The notes: generated from the letters alone by a model not told the origin. A DNA stretch of 64,000 bases from Nemertoderma westbladi (GCA_032718475.1 JAUCBJ010006646.1:1-64000); one strand, 5' to 3'. Counted from the stretch's first letter, positions 49,048-62,468 are shown. Program-made: numbers and translations.

Positions 49048-51240
49048 TGTTACGGTATATGGCGCTGTATCCACATTATTAGTCATTATGCAGTATAATA
49101 TATTAGTCCGTTATACTGTACACAATATTAGTCCGTTATACTGTATGTAATATTAGTCCGTTGTGCAGCATGATATTTTAGATAAGGCATAATAGCGCAA
49201 TGATATTTAGATAGGGAAACCAAAACGTCCATATATTTGAATCCATCCATTTTGTATAATATGTAGCCCTACCTACGTAATTTTGTATTAGGATATATGT
49301 AGATAGTTCCAGGGTAGCCAGTTTAGTCGGACCCTGGATTTTGTGCTTGCTGATATTAGCATCAATAGGGCTAGCATATAGGGACGCTGTCCTGGCCATT
49401 CAGCAGCCAGGGACATGATCCATTACCATATATGGTAATAATTTGAGGTTTGGGCAGCAATAGGGCTACAATCCGGCCTCCTTATTGGACTAACTGCTTC
49501 CAGCTTGGTCTAATGCTAGCGCGGACTGGAGAGCCAATAGGAGAGCGATTGAGTCACCCTATTGCATCACCCCATCCGGATCACCTATAAATTGGCGGTG
49601 TGCCTGTAGAGCCTTACTGCTATCACCTTTGTACTTGCTGAGCTGTCCCTATTCACTTTTGACGGATATTTTAGCGTTTTTCTGCAATTTGCTATTTTTC
49701 GATTAATCTCAAAATGATTTGCTAGTGCGATTATTCTTGATTGTGTTTCTCAATTAATCCTATCGATTACTGCTAATTACAACTGGAACTATGATTTCTA
49801 TCCTTTGTTAATGGTTCTATGTGATTCCTTTCTGCGCAATAATCCTAAGGGATTTCTGAGACTGTCAGACTTTGTGATTTGCATGCGCCGCTACGGTAGC
49901 TATTAGCATAATGGAGGGCTAAAGTGCCAGTGGGCGGTGGGCACATCGGGGGGTTGAGCGACTAGGGGAGAGCGGAGGATTCAAAGACGGGCAACGCTGG
50001 CGGGGGTCACCGTTGCGGGCGGGCATTTGCACTGTAACACGCAGACCATTCGCCGATACAGTAACTAGGGGGCTGATGATCCAGGTTTCGTCTCTATTTA
50101 GTATTAGGGGGGCAGGAATCAGGTTAGTTAGGAATCCTAGATGTATCCGGGAGAGGCCTGCGCGTACTACAACGTTGAGTGTGGAGTACGAATAGTGAAT
50201 CGCACAATTGTGGGCTATACAGTAGTTAACTGCATAATTGCGAACTGTGATTGCTGACGCTGATTGGTGTGTTACTGAAGTGTGCCTATGATTATGAATG
50301 TTTAGGTAGGCGCCCTTTTCTCTTTGATTGATTTCTATTTCATAGTTACAACAATTAGTTACTGATTAGGTCAAAGTAATACGGCAATTTAGGCTATTAC
50401 TAGCGAAACCTGTTGCGTAATAACTTAGAATTACGCATTCTGGAACTCTTAGTAATTAGTACGCTGTTAAATATTTGTGACTGTAATTGATTAGTAAAAA
50501 ATTAAGAATTAGTACGCAGCATAGCGGAGAGTAGCTAAGGTAATAATTAGAGTACTGTAAACTATTCACGCTGAGCGGTTATTTGCATTAGCGGGCAATC
50601 AGCTAGATCGCACTATTCGGTACGCACAATACGCTAGTAGTTTGCTGGCCTAAAGCCAGCGGCAGGCAAGTTTAGACCCGGAGCGGTATTATCCACGTAG
50701 AAACAAATACTGTATCATTTGATTATTTTAAATATTCTCGCATTCACACATTACGTTAGAGAACCCCCAGTATTCGCGGTTAGAAAAGACGTAGACAATA
50801 GCGTGCTTTAATAGTGATAGAATTAGGCGTAAGAATACTCTGAGTGCAAAGCCTCTCGCACTCGTCTTAAGTAAGCTTAGGGAGCCGACTCGGGTTTATT
50901 GTTTTGGTTATTCCCGCGTGGCTCATAGATTCGAACAGTTAGCTCTCTATCGAGCGATCGGTAGAGAAAGGAACAAGCGATTTTGCAGGAGCTGTGTAAA
51001 TTTAGTAAAATATATTAGCGGACGGCAGATTAGCGCCATCTAACGGTAAGTAGCGGTTTTGTATTTAGCAACCTTTACAATTTAGTAATATCACGCTCCT
51101 GATCCCCTTTACTTAACAGTAGAGCAGTCTTCGTGTCTTATTGGTTAGGCGAGAGCTCATTAGGTTGGCAGAAGGATATTAACGGGTATTTGTCTGTTCA
51201 ACAGTTCTGCTGTTAGTATAGAGGTCGCGGTTGTTTATCA
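49048..51240 (+). repeat. 3' LTR (2193 bp), preceded by short purine tract GGAGCGG
   Basis: Near identical to the 5' LTR; followed by TSD AGTTT. Confidence 0.93.
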
Positions 51241-52160
51241 AGTTTCATCGCCCAATGAACACTTCAATATAATCTAGAACAGTGGATTAATTTCTCCCCT
51301 TTGGGGTATCATCAGCACAAAAACACACTACTGCACTACAGGTAGGCCTACCAAACAAAAAACAATAACAAATCTGAAATAGACTGCCGATCACTCACAA
51401 ACAAACGATGTATATCTACGATACAAATAACATTCACCCTACGGTTGTTATGTGGTTAGAAAAGCCGTGCAGCCACAGTCCGCAGAGCTGACAAAATAGA
51501 CAACTGAACTCTTAATTATAGAAACAAATGCAAAACTAATCAATCAATACAGCACCGCGATGTGGTTAGACAGGGCCGTGCGCTACTGTCTACAGTACAA
51601 AATACTAATCAATCAAATCAGCATGGAGACGTGATTAGACAGGGCCGTGCACTGCTATCTACAGTACAAATGGCACAGAGAAGTATCAATAGCAAAGAGC
51701 CTGGCGTACCCGAGCGCACAACTACAGTACGATTTCCTACGTATGTGAAATATCCGTACAAAAACATAATATCATAAAAATCAATACAAGACTTGATTAG
51801 GCAGGGCCGTGCGCTACTATTTACAGTACAAATAGCACAGAGCAGTATTAATGGCAGAAAATATACCCAAACACAAAACTACATTAAAAAATATACCATG
51901 GTCAAACTGAAAGTAAACCAGAGGGCAATTGCACCAGGCCACCCCATTAGTTTCTCCGTAAGACCCGACCGCGTTAAACCGCCGGAATTCTGTCCATGGG
52001 GGCCTAAACTTGGAAATATAGTTCGCCTCGGCGTGGATCCGGTCCTCGTACGACCTGAAGCTCCTAACCCGTGAGACCCTGAGACACCCTAACCTACACT
52101 GGGCAAAATGATCCAACAGCACAAACTCCCCGTGTTCTTTTGAACAGGATGCACTTCCTG
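51241..52160 (-). mobile_element. Remainder of the tandem partial PLE copy (pseudo-LTR)
   Basis: Colinear with ~26078-27008. Confidence 0.85.
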
Positions 52161-54747
52161 GGTGTCCGGGTATAGTGAGGGGTTTTTGAATGAGGCCCGG
52201 GGTTGGGACCCGGAACGGTTACGGGACTCGCACGGTGTCAAACCGGGTGGTGGCGCTGTAAAAGCTTTTGCGGACATAACAAGTCATTGTCCAACTACGC
52301 GGCGGGAAGGGATTGGAGCGGGTGTGACGAAATCTATCAGCCGATTCTTTATGGATGTGGAATTTTTCTTTGTTCTGCCTCATTCAGCCAATCAGAGCAA
52401 TTTTCCCTTTACGTCTGACAGAGGCCAATGGAAACCAGCGCAATGCATTACGGTCTTTGTTTACTATTTTTCTGAGCATCAGAACCGGCTCGGAATCTTC
52501 TGTGCTTCTGGGTAGAAGTTTCAAACTTTGGCCGGAACATCAGATGGCCTTGATTATAAGAACGTAAAACTATTAACGCATTGAACATTGCTGCACATGT
52601 CATCCTGCATCATACCTGGAACACTGCATAAGTAACACATACTGACTGTTCACCGCATTATTTTACTTCTGTTATTAATTGTTGTTATATTAATGGATAT
52701 TGCTGTTATATTTGGAGAATACCGATAAATAATCATAAACCCCCAATCTTCTTGATTACTGAAGGTAAGAGGAACAGGTTTACCGGTAGCAACTGCGACT
52801 TAAATTATAGTGGTTTTTGTGTGAATTAAATGCTATTTCATAATCCCTACGTGTGTCAGTTGCAATCCTCCTTATATATAATCAAATTCAGTGACGGTCG
52901 GCAGATCAGTGCGAAGTAGTGTGAAGTAGTGTGAAGTAGTGTGAAGGTTAATAAAGCATCTCCTAAAGATGCGCTATTTACGAAACTCTGTGGCCATCTA
53001 GTTGTGATTAGTATAAGTCATAACTCTGTTTTTATACTTAAAGCGCCACGTCCTAAAGGAACTGTTAATATTTTCCCCGAAAGTAAATATATTGTCAGAG
53101 ATTATATAGTAACGATCAATCGAATGATACAGTAGGTCTACATTGCAATAACTCTCAAGGAATCCGAATCCAGTCTCCCAAAACCGTGGGTGAAAGGTCG
53201 CGCACAGACTGGCTTCGGCTGATGTAACTTCAGTACACTAGGTAATTGATATAGGCTAAAGTCGATTTATAAACAAGAGGACAACTAAAATTGGCAGGTT
53301 AAACTGCTAAAGGTCTAAAAGCACGAACAGGCGCCAAGTCGGAGAAGGACAGGATCTACTTCGGGGTAGATGGTAGATTCGCGAAGGTCGTCAAGCCGGT
53401 CCTCCGGCGGAATCGGTGGGTGTTGGGAGAGAGTGGGATGGGAGTTGCGTGCAATCTTTACGCGGGTCGGAGTTTGGGTAATATGATGGTTCAGAAGCGG
53501 CCGCCGGCTAAGAGGAGGGGAAATAGACGATACGGCTCCCGGGCGGGGTGTAAAACATGCGACGCCATGTACGACATGGCCCAGACCCCATGGGGGAGAT
53601 GATCAACGGTTTTTTCACGTGTGTGTCCCACGGGGTACTTTATCTGTTGACCTGCACCAATCACCCGGGGGGTATTACTTGGGCCAGACGGAGCAAACCA
53701 TTAGGGATAGGATGACAGGTCTCACCGATCGGCCATAGGTAGGTACGTGAAGGAAGTGCATCCTGATCAAGAGAACACGGGGGAGTATGTGCTGTTGGAT
53801 CATTTTTCCCAGTGCGGGTTAGGGTGTCTCAGGGTCTCGCGGGTTAGGAGCTTCAGGTCAGACGAGGACCGGATCCACGCCGAGGCGAACTATATTTTCA
53901 AGCTTAGGCCCCATGGAACAGAATGGTTCAGGCGGTTTAACGCGGTCGGGTCTTATGGTGAAACTTATGGGGTTGCCTGGTGCAATTGCCCTCTGGTTTA
54001 CTTTCAGTTTGACCGTGGTATATTTTTTAATGTAGTTTTGTGTTTGGGCATGTTTTTTTGCCATTAATACTGCTCTGTGCCATTTGTACTGTAAATAGTA
54101 GCGCACGGCCCTGCCTAATCAAGTTTCGTATTGATTTTTATGATATTATGTTTTTGTACGGATATTTCACATACGTAGGAATTTCGTACTGTAGTTGTGA
54201 GCTCGAGTACGCCAGGCTCTCTGCTATTGATACTTCTCTGTGCCATTTGTACTGTAGATAGCAGCGCACGGCCCTGTCTAATCACGTCTCGGTGCTGATT
54301 TGATTGATTAGTATTTTGTACTGTAGACAGTAGCGCACGGCCCTGTCTAATCACGTCTCGGTGCTGTATTGATTGATTAGTTTTGTATTTGTTTCTATAA
54401 TTAAGAGTTCAGTTGTCTATTTTGTCAGCTCTATGGACCGTGGCTGCACGGCTTTTCTAACCACATAACAACCGTAGGGGGAATGTTATTTGTACCGTAG
54501 ATATACATCGTTTGTTTGTGAGTGATCGGCAGTCTATTTCAGATTTGTTATTGTTTTTTGTTTGGTAGGCCTACCTGTAGTGCAGTAGTGTGTTTTTGTG
54601 CTGATGATGCCCCAAAGGGGATAAATTAATCCACTGTTCTAGATTATATTGAAGTGTTCATTGGGCGATGAAACTCCTTGTCGTTTTAATAATTATCATG
54701 ATGTTTACAAACGCCCTAAAGTCGGCATGTCGGCTCTACGAATAATT
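52161..54747 (+). mobile_element. Inverted 3' copy of the PLE (GIY-YIG region plus 3' end), split by a solo LTR
   Basis: Reverse complement of ~26058-27538, interrupted at GGCGC. Confidence 0.88.
52257..53329. mobile_element. Solo LTR (1073 bp) of an unrelated family
   Basis: Starts TGTAA, ends AACA; 5-bp TSD GGCGC at 52252-52256 and 53330-53334; PLE sequence resumes exactly; contains CCAAT and AATAAA. Confidence 0.85.
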
Positions 54748-55289
54748 ACTATATTACGGGACATGGTGTATATATATATTAATTAAATTAAATTAAGTTA
54801 AGAAAGTTAGGGAATATGACTAGGGTGTGAGATCAAGTTGTTTTAGTATAATAATATTTTAAGAATTCAAAAGGTGACAGCTTATAGCACCCTTTAGGGC
54901 CGAGGAATACAAATTAACAAGGAGCACTAGACCCGCCACCACTCTAAAATGGAGTACGTTAACACTAACACTTACATTAACACTAACACTAACGTTAACA
55001 CTAACGTTAACACATTTTGGTGCTATACAATAATAATAAACAGTTATCAAATAGTGCTTCTGAAATTTAATAATTTAAATTATTGTGCAGCAGAGTTTAC
55101 ACCAAATTTTTTGTACCCACTAAAAAATTGCATACCATAACACGCAGTCAGCTTGAAAATATTACCATTCCACTCGACTTACATAAAAACCCTTGAGGAA
55201 ATATGGAAAATTTAAATAAATATAAGATAATAATTATTGATTTTCATCTTTGAAAATTTGGTGCTAAACAGTGCGTTTCTAAATGGTTA

Positions 55290-55640
55290 TTGACAATTCT
55301 TAGCATAAATTGTGAGTCACTGTGAGTACTGTTAAACCAAGTCTCTACAAAGGCGACAATATCGTAGTCGTTGCACATATTGTTAGGAAGGTAGTCCCAA
55401 TTGGCAGAAAGAGAACGTATATTAGTCTGTAATATACGCAGAAATGAAGGGCCTGGGTTTGGGTGAATATCGCCGGCAATTAATAATAAACACATAAATG
55501 ATGTAAAGCAGATCAGCTGAAAAATATAAAAAATAAGAAAAATGCCATCAGAGCAGTAACGATTTATACGAAACGATACAGCGCTGCAAAGGAGACCGAT
55601 AGCTGACCTCTACTGTTCAACTGAAATGCCCATCTAGGTT
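55290..55640 (-). mobile_element. 5' fragment of CR1/L2-type LINE ORF2: 2A-like peptide plus start of APE endonuclease
   Basis: LLIAGDIHPNPGP followed by LRILQTNIRSL...YDIVAFVETW. Confidence 0.75.
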
Positions 55641-56089
55641 ATAAAAAATATGAGAAATAAAGAAGAGAAAAAAAAACTTGCATATCAGTCGGGGAGTGCA
55701 GAGTAACTATAGGTCCCTTCAACAATACAAAGCATAAATAATAAAGAAAAATAGTAAATCTAAAAATATAGAAGGTATGGGTCGAACACCAAAAATTAAA
55801 GTTTGGGGATAGTGCAGGCACTATAAATAGCAAGACACATTCAGCAATCAGTATCACACACACACCCAATACATACAGACAACATACACCTCAAGGTAAA
55901 TAACACAGAATGAGGGATATGGCATATTTAGCATTGATTTGTATATGAAGTATCACAAATATGCTAAAATTATCGGCAACAATAATCTGCTGCCTTCATC
56001 ACCTCGCAACTTGCAGTACGTGACACGGCTGTACCGCACCCTTCCCACCACCACTGCGGTTATTAGAATGAAAGAAAAGAAAGTGTTAA

Positions 56090-57686
56090 GGGGGGGGTAC
56101 ACCCCCCCTCAGGTCAAAATTTTCATTTTTTGTTTTTTTATTTCATCTAGAGTAGAATTTAATGCGGATTTCAAATCTGGAAACGGCTTAGCGAGATCTC
56201 TTTTACTTCTCGAGTAATGGCTGGTTATCCGTCTGTATGTCTGTCTGTCTGTCCATCGAAATATTAAAAAGGGCATAAAATAAGCAATCTGAAATGTTTA
56301 CTGGTAGGATTTTTCTTAATGTCGATGTCTGTTTTAATATTTGGAATTATCTAATCACTATGTCTGTATCTCAGTCTGTCTCTCAGTTTGTCTGTCTGTT
56401 TGTATGTCTGTCTGTCTGTCAACATGTCCGTCAAATTTTAATTAATATATATTTAATAGATATTTGTGAGTGTTGTATTACATATTGAACAGTTGTCTAA
56501 TGGACTAGTTGTCTACTAGTAATAACAAATGTGAACCATCATATAACAATAGCTAGTAATAATTATTCTGGGAAACAACCATAAACTTATTTTTTTTAAA
56601 TTCCGCAGGCTCTGAGAATAATTCACGTGCTGCGCGAAGTCTTCATGTGCAGCATGAACTTTTCATGTGCCGCATGAAGGCTTCTCATTCTGATCAAAAA
56701 GCTTTCCGAGGTGCTCAATTAATTAACGTGCTTTATGAAGAATTTAAGTTGTACGTGAAACCTTCACCTGCTGTGCAAATGTCTCACGTGCTGCGCGAAG
56801 GTTTCACGTACTGCGCAAAGCTTAATGTTCTGTGTAAAGGCTTATTATAAAATTATGTGGAAATTTTTATATAATTTTGAATGTTTCTTAAGGTTATCTC
56901 ATTATTCCATGACTATTTATTACTAAATGACGAAATAGTATGCGATCAAATCAATACGCCAAAATGTAATTTGTTCACGTGCTGCGCGAATTGGTTTTTG
57001 GCAAGCACTCTAAAATTATTTTAACAGGTTGTTAAAAGTGGGTAGGGGTTTTTTTGAACCAAATCCATTGAGAAATCACAAAATATGGATAGGGGATAAC
57101 CAATCGGAAAAGAAAAGGAGATACCAGTACTGAAAATAGCGGGAACATTTGAAATATATTGTTCTTAAACTTTAAATGCGTTTATCTCGGAATTGTATTT
57201 TTCACATTCAAAATACTACTACTCAGCCATTTCTTAACCAATTTTCGAAATTTTTTTTTTGTTTGATTTCTTTTCGGGTTTTGATCAAAAGTTATCGGTT
57301 AAAATTTTGAATTGTGCCATATTAATTTCTTGAAATTAGTTAATATCCATTAAGTAATAATTAATATTAGTTAATAATATTTAAAAAATATTTAAGACCT
57401 AAATAAAAAATGTAACCGATAAGTTTTGTGGAGCCGAGGATGCTGATTCAGAAAAACCAAGTTTCGAAAATTTTCGCCCAAAATTGTGAGACTAGTAGTG
57501 TTTTTAGTGAAATTAACAATTTCGGTGGTGGCCGCTAGAGGGCGACGCAAATTTGAAAAAAAAATTTTTGAACCCAATCTTTGGCCATATGTTAATCCCC
57601 CGAAAGGTATAAAATATACAAAATTACACATAAGCAGAATTTATAGCCATTTGCAAAAAAGGTCCATAGGGGGGTGTACCCCCCCC
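56090..57686. mobile_element. Non-autonomous TTAA-target DNA transposon, Kolobok-like
   Basis: ~20-bp TIRs GGGGGGGGTACACCCCCC; TTAA at 56086-56089 and 57687-57690. 5'-GG termini fit Kolobok rather than piggyBac (CCY). Confidence 0.7.
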
Positions 57687-57974
57687 TTAATACGTGCCAG
57701 AATGATGTACATTATAATGTTGGTTTATAATAGATTTACCGGTACAAATAAGTTTCCTGGTTAGAATGTTATTTGTTTGTTACAGAAGCATACCTGAATG
57801 ACTATTACGTATAGATACTCACAAGTCGAGTCAGAACTGAACGAGCAGCTCAGTAAATTTATCGGATCGTAGAGTGTCCAGTATGTCGGAGACGTCGGGT
57901 ATTCCTGTCTTCCTGGATGTCTGAATGCGAGCAAATGTCGGTGCAGACACGATAATGTCGATAAGTGTAGATGG

Positions 57975-60230
57975 GTGGACAATTCAAATCAATATGTTCA
58001 TTTCCCCAGTAGGGGAAATATCATGTTAGATCTCTTACTTAGTACTGCTGATAATGATATTTTTAATGTTAATAGTCTACCAAACTTTGATAGCAGTGAC
58101 CACTCAGCGTTTAGTTTTAACTTTCGCTGTGCAGGGGCTGAGGAAAATATTCCAAACGGAACTCATTTCTGTTTCCGGAAGATGGACCTGCCGGGAATCA
58201 AGTCCCATTTACAATCTGTAAATTGGGAAAATATTACAAGTGATAATAATTCAGTTCAGTCATCTTGGGATATTTTTCACACGAAATGTTAAATAGTTTT
58301 GAACTTTTTGTGCCTAAGTATACTCCCAGTACAAACCAACGCAGACAGACACCCTCTGCACATACGTAAACTGCTTGTTAGAAAGCGACGCCTTTGGAGG
58401 AATAAAAATTTTGCCCCAAACGGCGCAGCTGTCTACCGTGAGCATAGTAAATGTTGTCCCGAGGCAATGAGAGAGTTTCGTTGCAAGAAATAATTAAACG
58501 TATTAAACAGTGGAGATCGAAATGCGTTTTACAAGTACGTAAAAGACGATGACAAATGTCAGTGCCTCATTGAGCAATATTCATCTGTGGGAGTCGAGGA
58601 TAATAACTGTTGCCCCGTTGTAGATCGTGCTACAGATTCTGTATTTTCTAATGTTAATTTTTCACGGAGTAAAGTTATAAAGGTATTGAGCAAATTACCC
58701 GCGAAATACAGTCACTGCCCAGACGGTATCCCAGCAGCAATATTGAAACTATTGAGATGTGAACTTGCACAACCACTTAGTCACCTTTTTCAACTTTCAA
58801 TGGATTCTGGTGAAATTCCAGCGATTTGGAAATGTGCTGACATAATTCCATGCTTCAAAAAGGGTAAACGCTCCATACCAGCTAATTATCGGCCTATTTC
58901 ACTTACATCGGCAGTATGCCGATTATTTGAACGTATATTGGTACTTGAATTAGTTGAATATTTGTTAAATAACAATCTTTTATCTAAGCAACAATTTGGT
59001 TTCTTGAGAAATCGCAGCACGGTTTTGCAATTACTCGATTGCACTTTTCATTGGTCAAATAGTGTAAATAGACACGAATTTACGGATGTTATATATATTG
59101 ATTACTCGAAAGCGTTCGATAGTGTAGTAGTAAGTAAGTTACTAGTTAAACTAGAGTCACTTGGTGTAACAGGGAACGTCCTCCGCTGGTTCGAGTGCTT
59201 TTTATTTGATCGCATTCAACGAGTAAAAATTCGCAATCGTTTTTTGACAATATCAGCGCGTTAAGTCAGGCGTCCCTCAAGGTTCATGTAGCGGGCCGTT
59301 GTTATTCCTCATTTTTGTAAATGACTTACCACATATTTTTAGTAATGCTATAAGTGCGCGATTATTTGCAGATGATACTAAACTCTTTTCTTCATTTAAT
59401 TGTAGTGATGATCGTAGCGTTTTGCAGTCAGATCTTGATTTATTTGCAAATTGGTCGAAGACATGGCAGTTGAATATTGCAGAAGAGAAGTGCAAAGTAT
59501 TATCGATAGGAAACTGTACAAATAAATCCAATTATTACATAAATCAAGATCTCTTAGCAGATGTCCATTGCCACCGCGATTTGGGTGTCGAATTGGGCAA
59601 TAAACTATATTTTCAAATACATATAGATAATATAGTCTCGAAGTGCTATAAAACAATAAATTTATTATTCCGGTGCTTTACAACTAAAGATATGAACGCT
59701 ATTTTATTTGCTTACAAAGTGTATGCCAGACCTATTGTAGAATATGCTAGTTCAAAATGGAATCCGTTTATTAAAAGTAGGCCGTTCATTGGGCTATGTG
59801 ATAAGCTAGAATCGGTACAGCGCTATTTTACACGACGGTTATTTATGCGGTGCAATCTTGATAAAAATAAACCATGCCCCGGTTGGCTACAATATTTGAA
59901 GCGAGAACCACTTGAACTGCGCCGTATACATATAGATATAATTTTAGTGTATAAAATATTTAATGGTAATATAATAATAATAATATATAATAATATTAAT
60001 AATAATATATATTTAATTTAATTTATTTAATGGTTTTAATAAATATTCGTGCTACCGATATTTTTCAAACAGTTTCGCCTGTGCGGGCGACGCGCGGTCA
60101 TCCATATAAGCTGCAACAGCTATCGTGTCGATCAGTTTGCTATTCAAAATGTATTTAATAATCGTATTGTACAAGCTTGGAACTCTCTACCATCCGATTC
60201 TACTTCGTTAAATATGTTTAAGGCTGGTGT
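57975..60230 (+). mobile_element. Degenerate CR1-clade LINE ORF2
   Basis: PSRGNIMLDLLL...SDH (APE end), PDGIP, NYRPISLTS, QFGF, YIDYSKAFDSV, GVPQGS, LFADDTK, LESVQRYFTRR; stops and frameshifts. Confidence 0.88.
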
Positions 60231-60652
60231 ACCTACTGTACTCGTTTTATGTAGCACATTAGTACAAGTCAATGTGTCAATATTTAGATAATTTTACTTA
60301 ATTACAAATTCGTACTCAATAAATATATTACTTAATTTTAAGCCATAGCATAAGACGTTGTGTATATTTTATTTGAGTTTTTATTTGTAATTTTAAATCG
60401 ATGATTTTATTGTTCAATCGCTGCTATGACTGTGATGTCTCCGCGATATCCTAATAATATAATATAATATATAGTGTATTCGTTAAAAGTCTGGCAGTAT
60501 GCTAAAAATTGGGTGGGCTTACAGCTTTACCAGTACACACAGTATACTGCACATGTAGAAGGCATAGCAGAATCCCCTTAAGAGCGTAGGTGTGTGGATA
60601 GAGACTCATAGACTAGGGCTATGACCATCCATATTTATATCATAAACCCAGG

Positions 60653-60980
60653 TCATTAACAGCTCAACTCCAATTCATTTATTAATATCACCTGGCAGCA
60701 ATACTCGAGCTGAATATTTATTTATTTGTACTTTCCTCCTGTTTCACTCTAACATACTTGAGGCCGGTAGGTCCGCTGTTAGAGATAGGATATGCAACTT
60801 AAGACTGCCTGTTCAATAGAAGTGGATTAGGTGGGATAGTGAATGTCAGGGACAAGTGGCTGAACTGGTTAGCGCTACTGATGAGGCCTGATAGGCTGAA
60901 ACGTACGTATAGCGCTGGTTCAACCCCCGGTGACGCACTTTCTCATTTTTTCCATTTCTGAAAAAAAAACCTAATAGTAC
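60653..60980 (+). mobile_element. ~330-bp hammerhead-carrying insert (retrozyme/PLE-derived SINE-like)
   Basis: Flanked by 14-bp direct repeat ATCATAAACCCAGG (60639-60652, 60981-60994); A-run near the 3' end. Confidence 0.6.
60861..60922 (+). ncRNA. Type I hammerhead ribozyme
   Basis: Stem I AGCGCTA/TAGCGCT (extendable TGAACT/GGTTCA), core CTGATGA, stem II GGCCT-GAT-AGGCT, GAAA, minimal palindromic stem III ACGTACGT, GUA cleavage triplet (cut after 60909). Confidence 0.85.
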
Positions 60981-61522
60981 ATCATAAACCCAGGACCCAG
61001 GCCCTACTAGGTCTTATATACAATAAATACGGATATATAGGTATGTAGATAAACTCTTAGTAATAGTTATCAGAAAGCCCTTAGGTGACTGCAGTGCAGA
61101 CGCTTCATTATTACCGCTGCGCTGTTGCAGTATACATTGCATGCACAAATGTGATTTTATATTATTATATTATGTTATATGGTATGAGATTGACTTTCTC
61201 TCTCCCATTCCATAGTAGCTATTACAATGAAGTATTCTTATAAATCGTTTCTCATTCTAGTTTATTGAAACCAGTAAATTATGTAACGGCTGGTATCCAA
61301 TGCACCTGTTTATTATGGCATTACGTGGTGGTTTATCAGTGCGTTACTTTGTTTTAAAAATCGAAGTATTTTTTTCTTATAAAATATTTCATCTATTGCG
61401 CATTGGCCACTGTAGGTTTGCGTTTTATTTTGTATAATATAAAGGACGGTTAATGTAATTCACAGTGAGAGAAAATTTTATTTCAGTTGTATAACAAATA
61501 ATTCGTTTACTGCAATTCTGAA

Positions 61523-61627
61523 ATGGTAAATGTAACTATTTTACTTTTGGCTTTGTCAGCACTTTTAGCTTTGGATTGCCATGGACAGAAAATCGGGGAC
61601 CCAAACAAATTGACTGAAAGAGATATT
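61523..61627 (+). CDS. Exon 1 (signal peptide) of fibrinogen-domain protein
   Basis: MVNVTILLLALSALLALDCHG-QKIGDPNKLTERDI; phase-0 donor GTTAGT; TATAAA at ~61438 upstream. Confidence 0.7.
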
Positions 61628-62273
61628 GTTAGTGTTTTCTATATCGTAGAATTATAATATCTTTGTTGTGTAAGAATTTTTGTAGATCCACTGCAGGTTT
61701 AACAAACTACACATACCATAAATTACATCGATAGGATTGATGCAAATCGGAATTTAATTTCGAAGGGGGGGAGGGGGGATGTTTAATTTAAATGAATCCC
61801 CTACTAAAGTTAGTAGTATAATCAGTACAATCTCCAATCTCAACTCGGGCCCACCATCTTACAGCCTCAATCTGGCCTCCACCCGCCACACCCTCCCTCT
61901 ATGACCCAACAACAATATGTCCTCCACACCTTATCTTCTCTGTGTCACAACTCATATCTCTCCGCAGCATGCCCTTCTTGTAAAGTACCCAACAGCTTCA
62001 TATTATATCATGTGATATATATCATCATCAGAGTTTTATTTTATATTATCAAAATATTAATTATTCAGTTAATATAATTTATAATATTATTATACGTTTA
62101 GGTAGGTTCAATTTTTTTGTGAATTTTTAAGGAACATAATCTCATTAGTTTATCACCAATTGAATGCCTAAGTTTACCATGGGGGGGGGGGGGGTGGTGT
62201 TTTTTTGCAAATTTTTTGTTAATAACAAAACCCGAAATAAATTTCCCACAATTTGCAATATATTTTACTTCAG

Positions 62274-62468
62274 GGGGTAAAAATACAGCAAAGGATAGAA
62301 GGATCTACCGACTTATTTCGCAACTGGAGAGAAAATGACCGCGGATTTGAGGACCCAAATAGGGATTTCTATTTGGGTCTTGAGAAGATCTCCAAGCTCA
62401 GAAAAGGTGGAAAAGGTGAAGTTGAAATAACATTATTAAACGTTTTTTTGGGCTTCTTTGGCAATTAA
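62274..62468 (+). CDS. Exon 2 of fibrinogen-related (FReD) protein; 3' boundary uncertain, possibly disrupted
   Basis: Acceptor ttttacttcAG, phase 0; GVKIQQRIEGSTDLFRNWRENDRGFEDPNRDFYLGLEKISKL matches the FReD consensus xIQRRxDGSxDFxRxWxxYxxGFGxxxxEFWLGLEKIxxL. Confidence 0.72.
   Translation, partial: GVKIQQRIEGSTDLFRNWRENDRGFEDPNRDFYLGLEKISKLRKGGKGEVEITLLNVFLGFFGN

Larger units (their letters stand above)
32229..51240 (+). mobile_element. Full-length Bel/Pao LTR retrotransposon (~19 kb) with accessory ORF
   Basis: TG...CA LTRs, 5-bp TSD AGTTT (32224-32228, 51241-51245); the empty target AGTTTCATCGCCC is seen in the other PLE ends; gag-PR-RT-RH-IN order with Bel/Pao motifs. Confidence 0.95.
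26058..54747. mobile_element. Penelope-like retroelement composite (full copy, upstream partial tandem copy, inverted 3' copy) with nested LTR insertions
   Basis: 12-bp TSD ACTATATTACGG at 26046-26057 and 54748-54759; the 3' ~1.4 kb is present at both ends in inverted orientation. Confidence 0.85.

Noticed and set aside
54595-54690. Hammerhead ribozyme in the PLE terminal repeat (CTGATGA..CCCC-AAA-GGGG..GAAA and a later GAAAC..GTC)
   Set aside because: Core-like words are present, but I could not build convincing stems I and III; at best degenerate.
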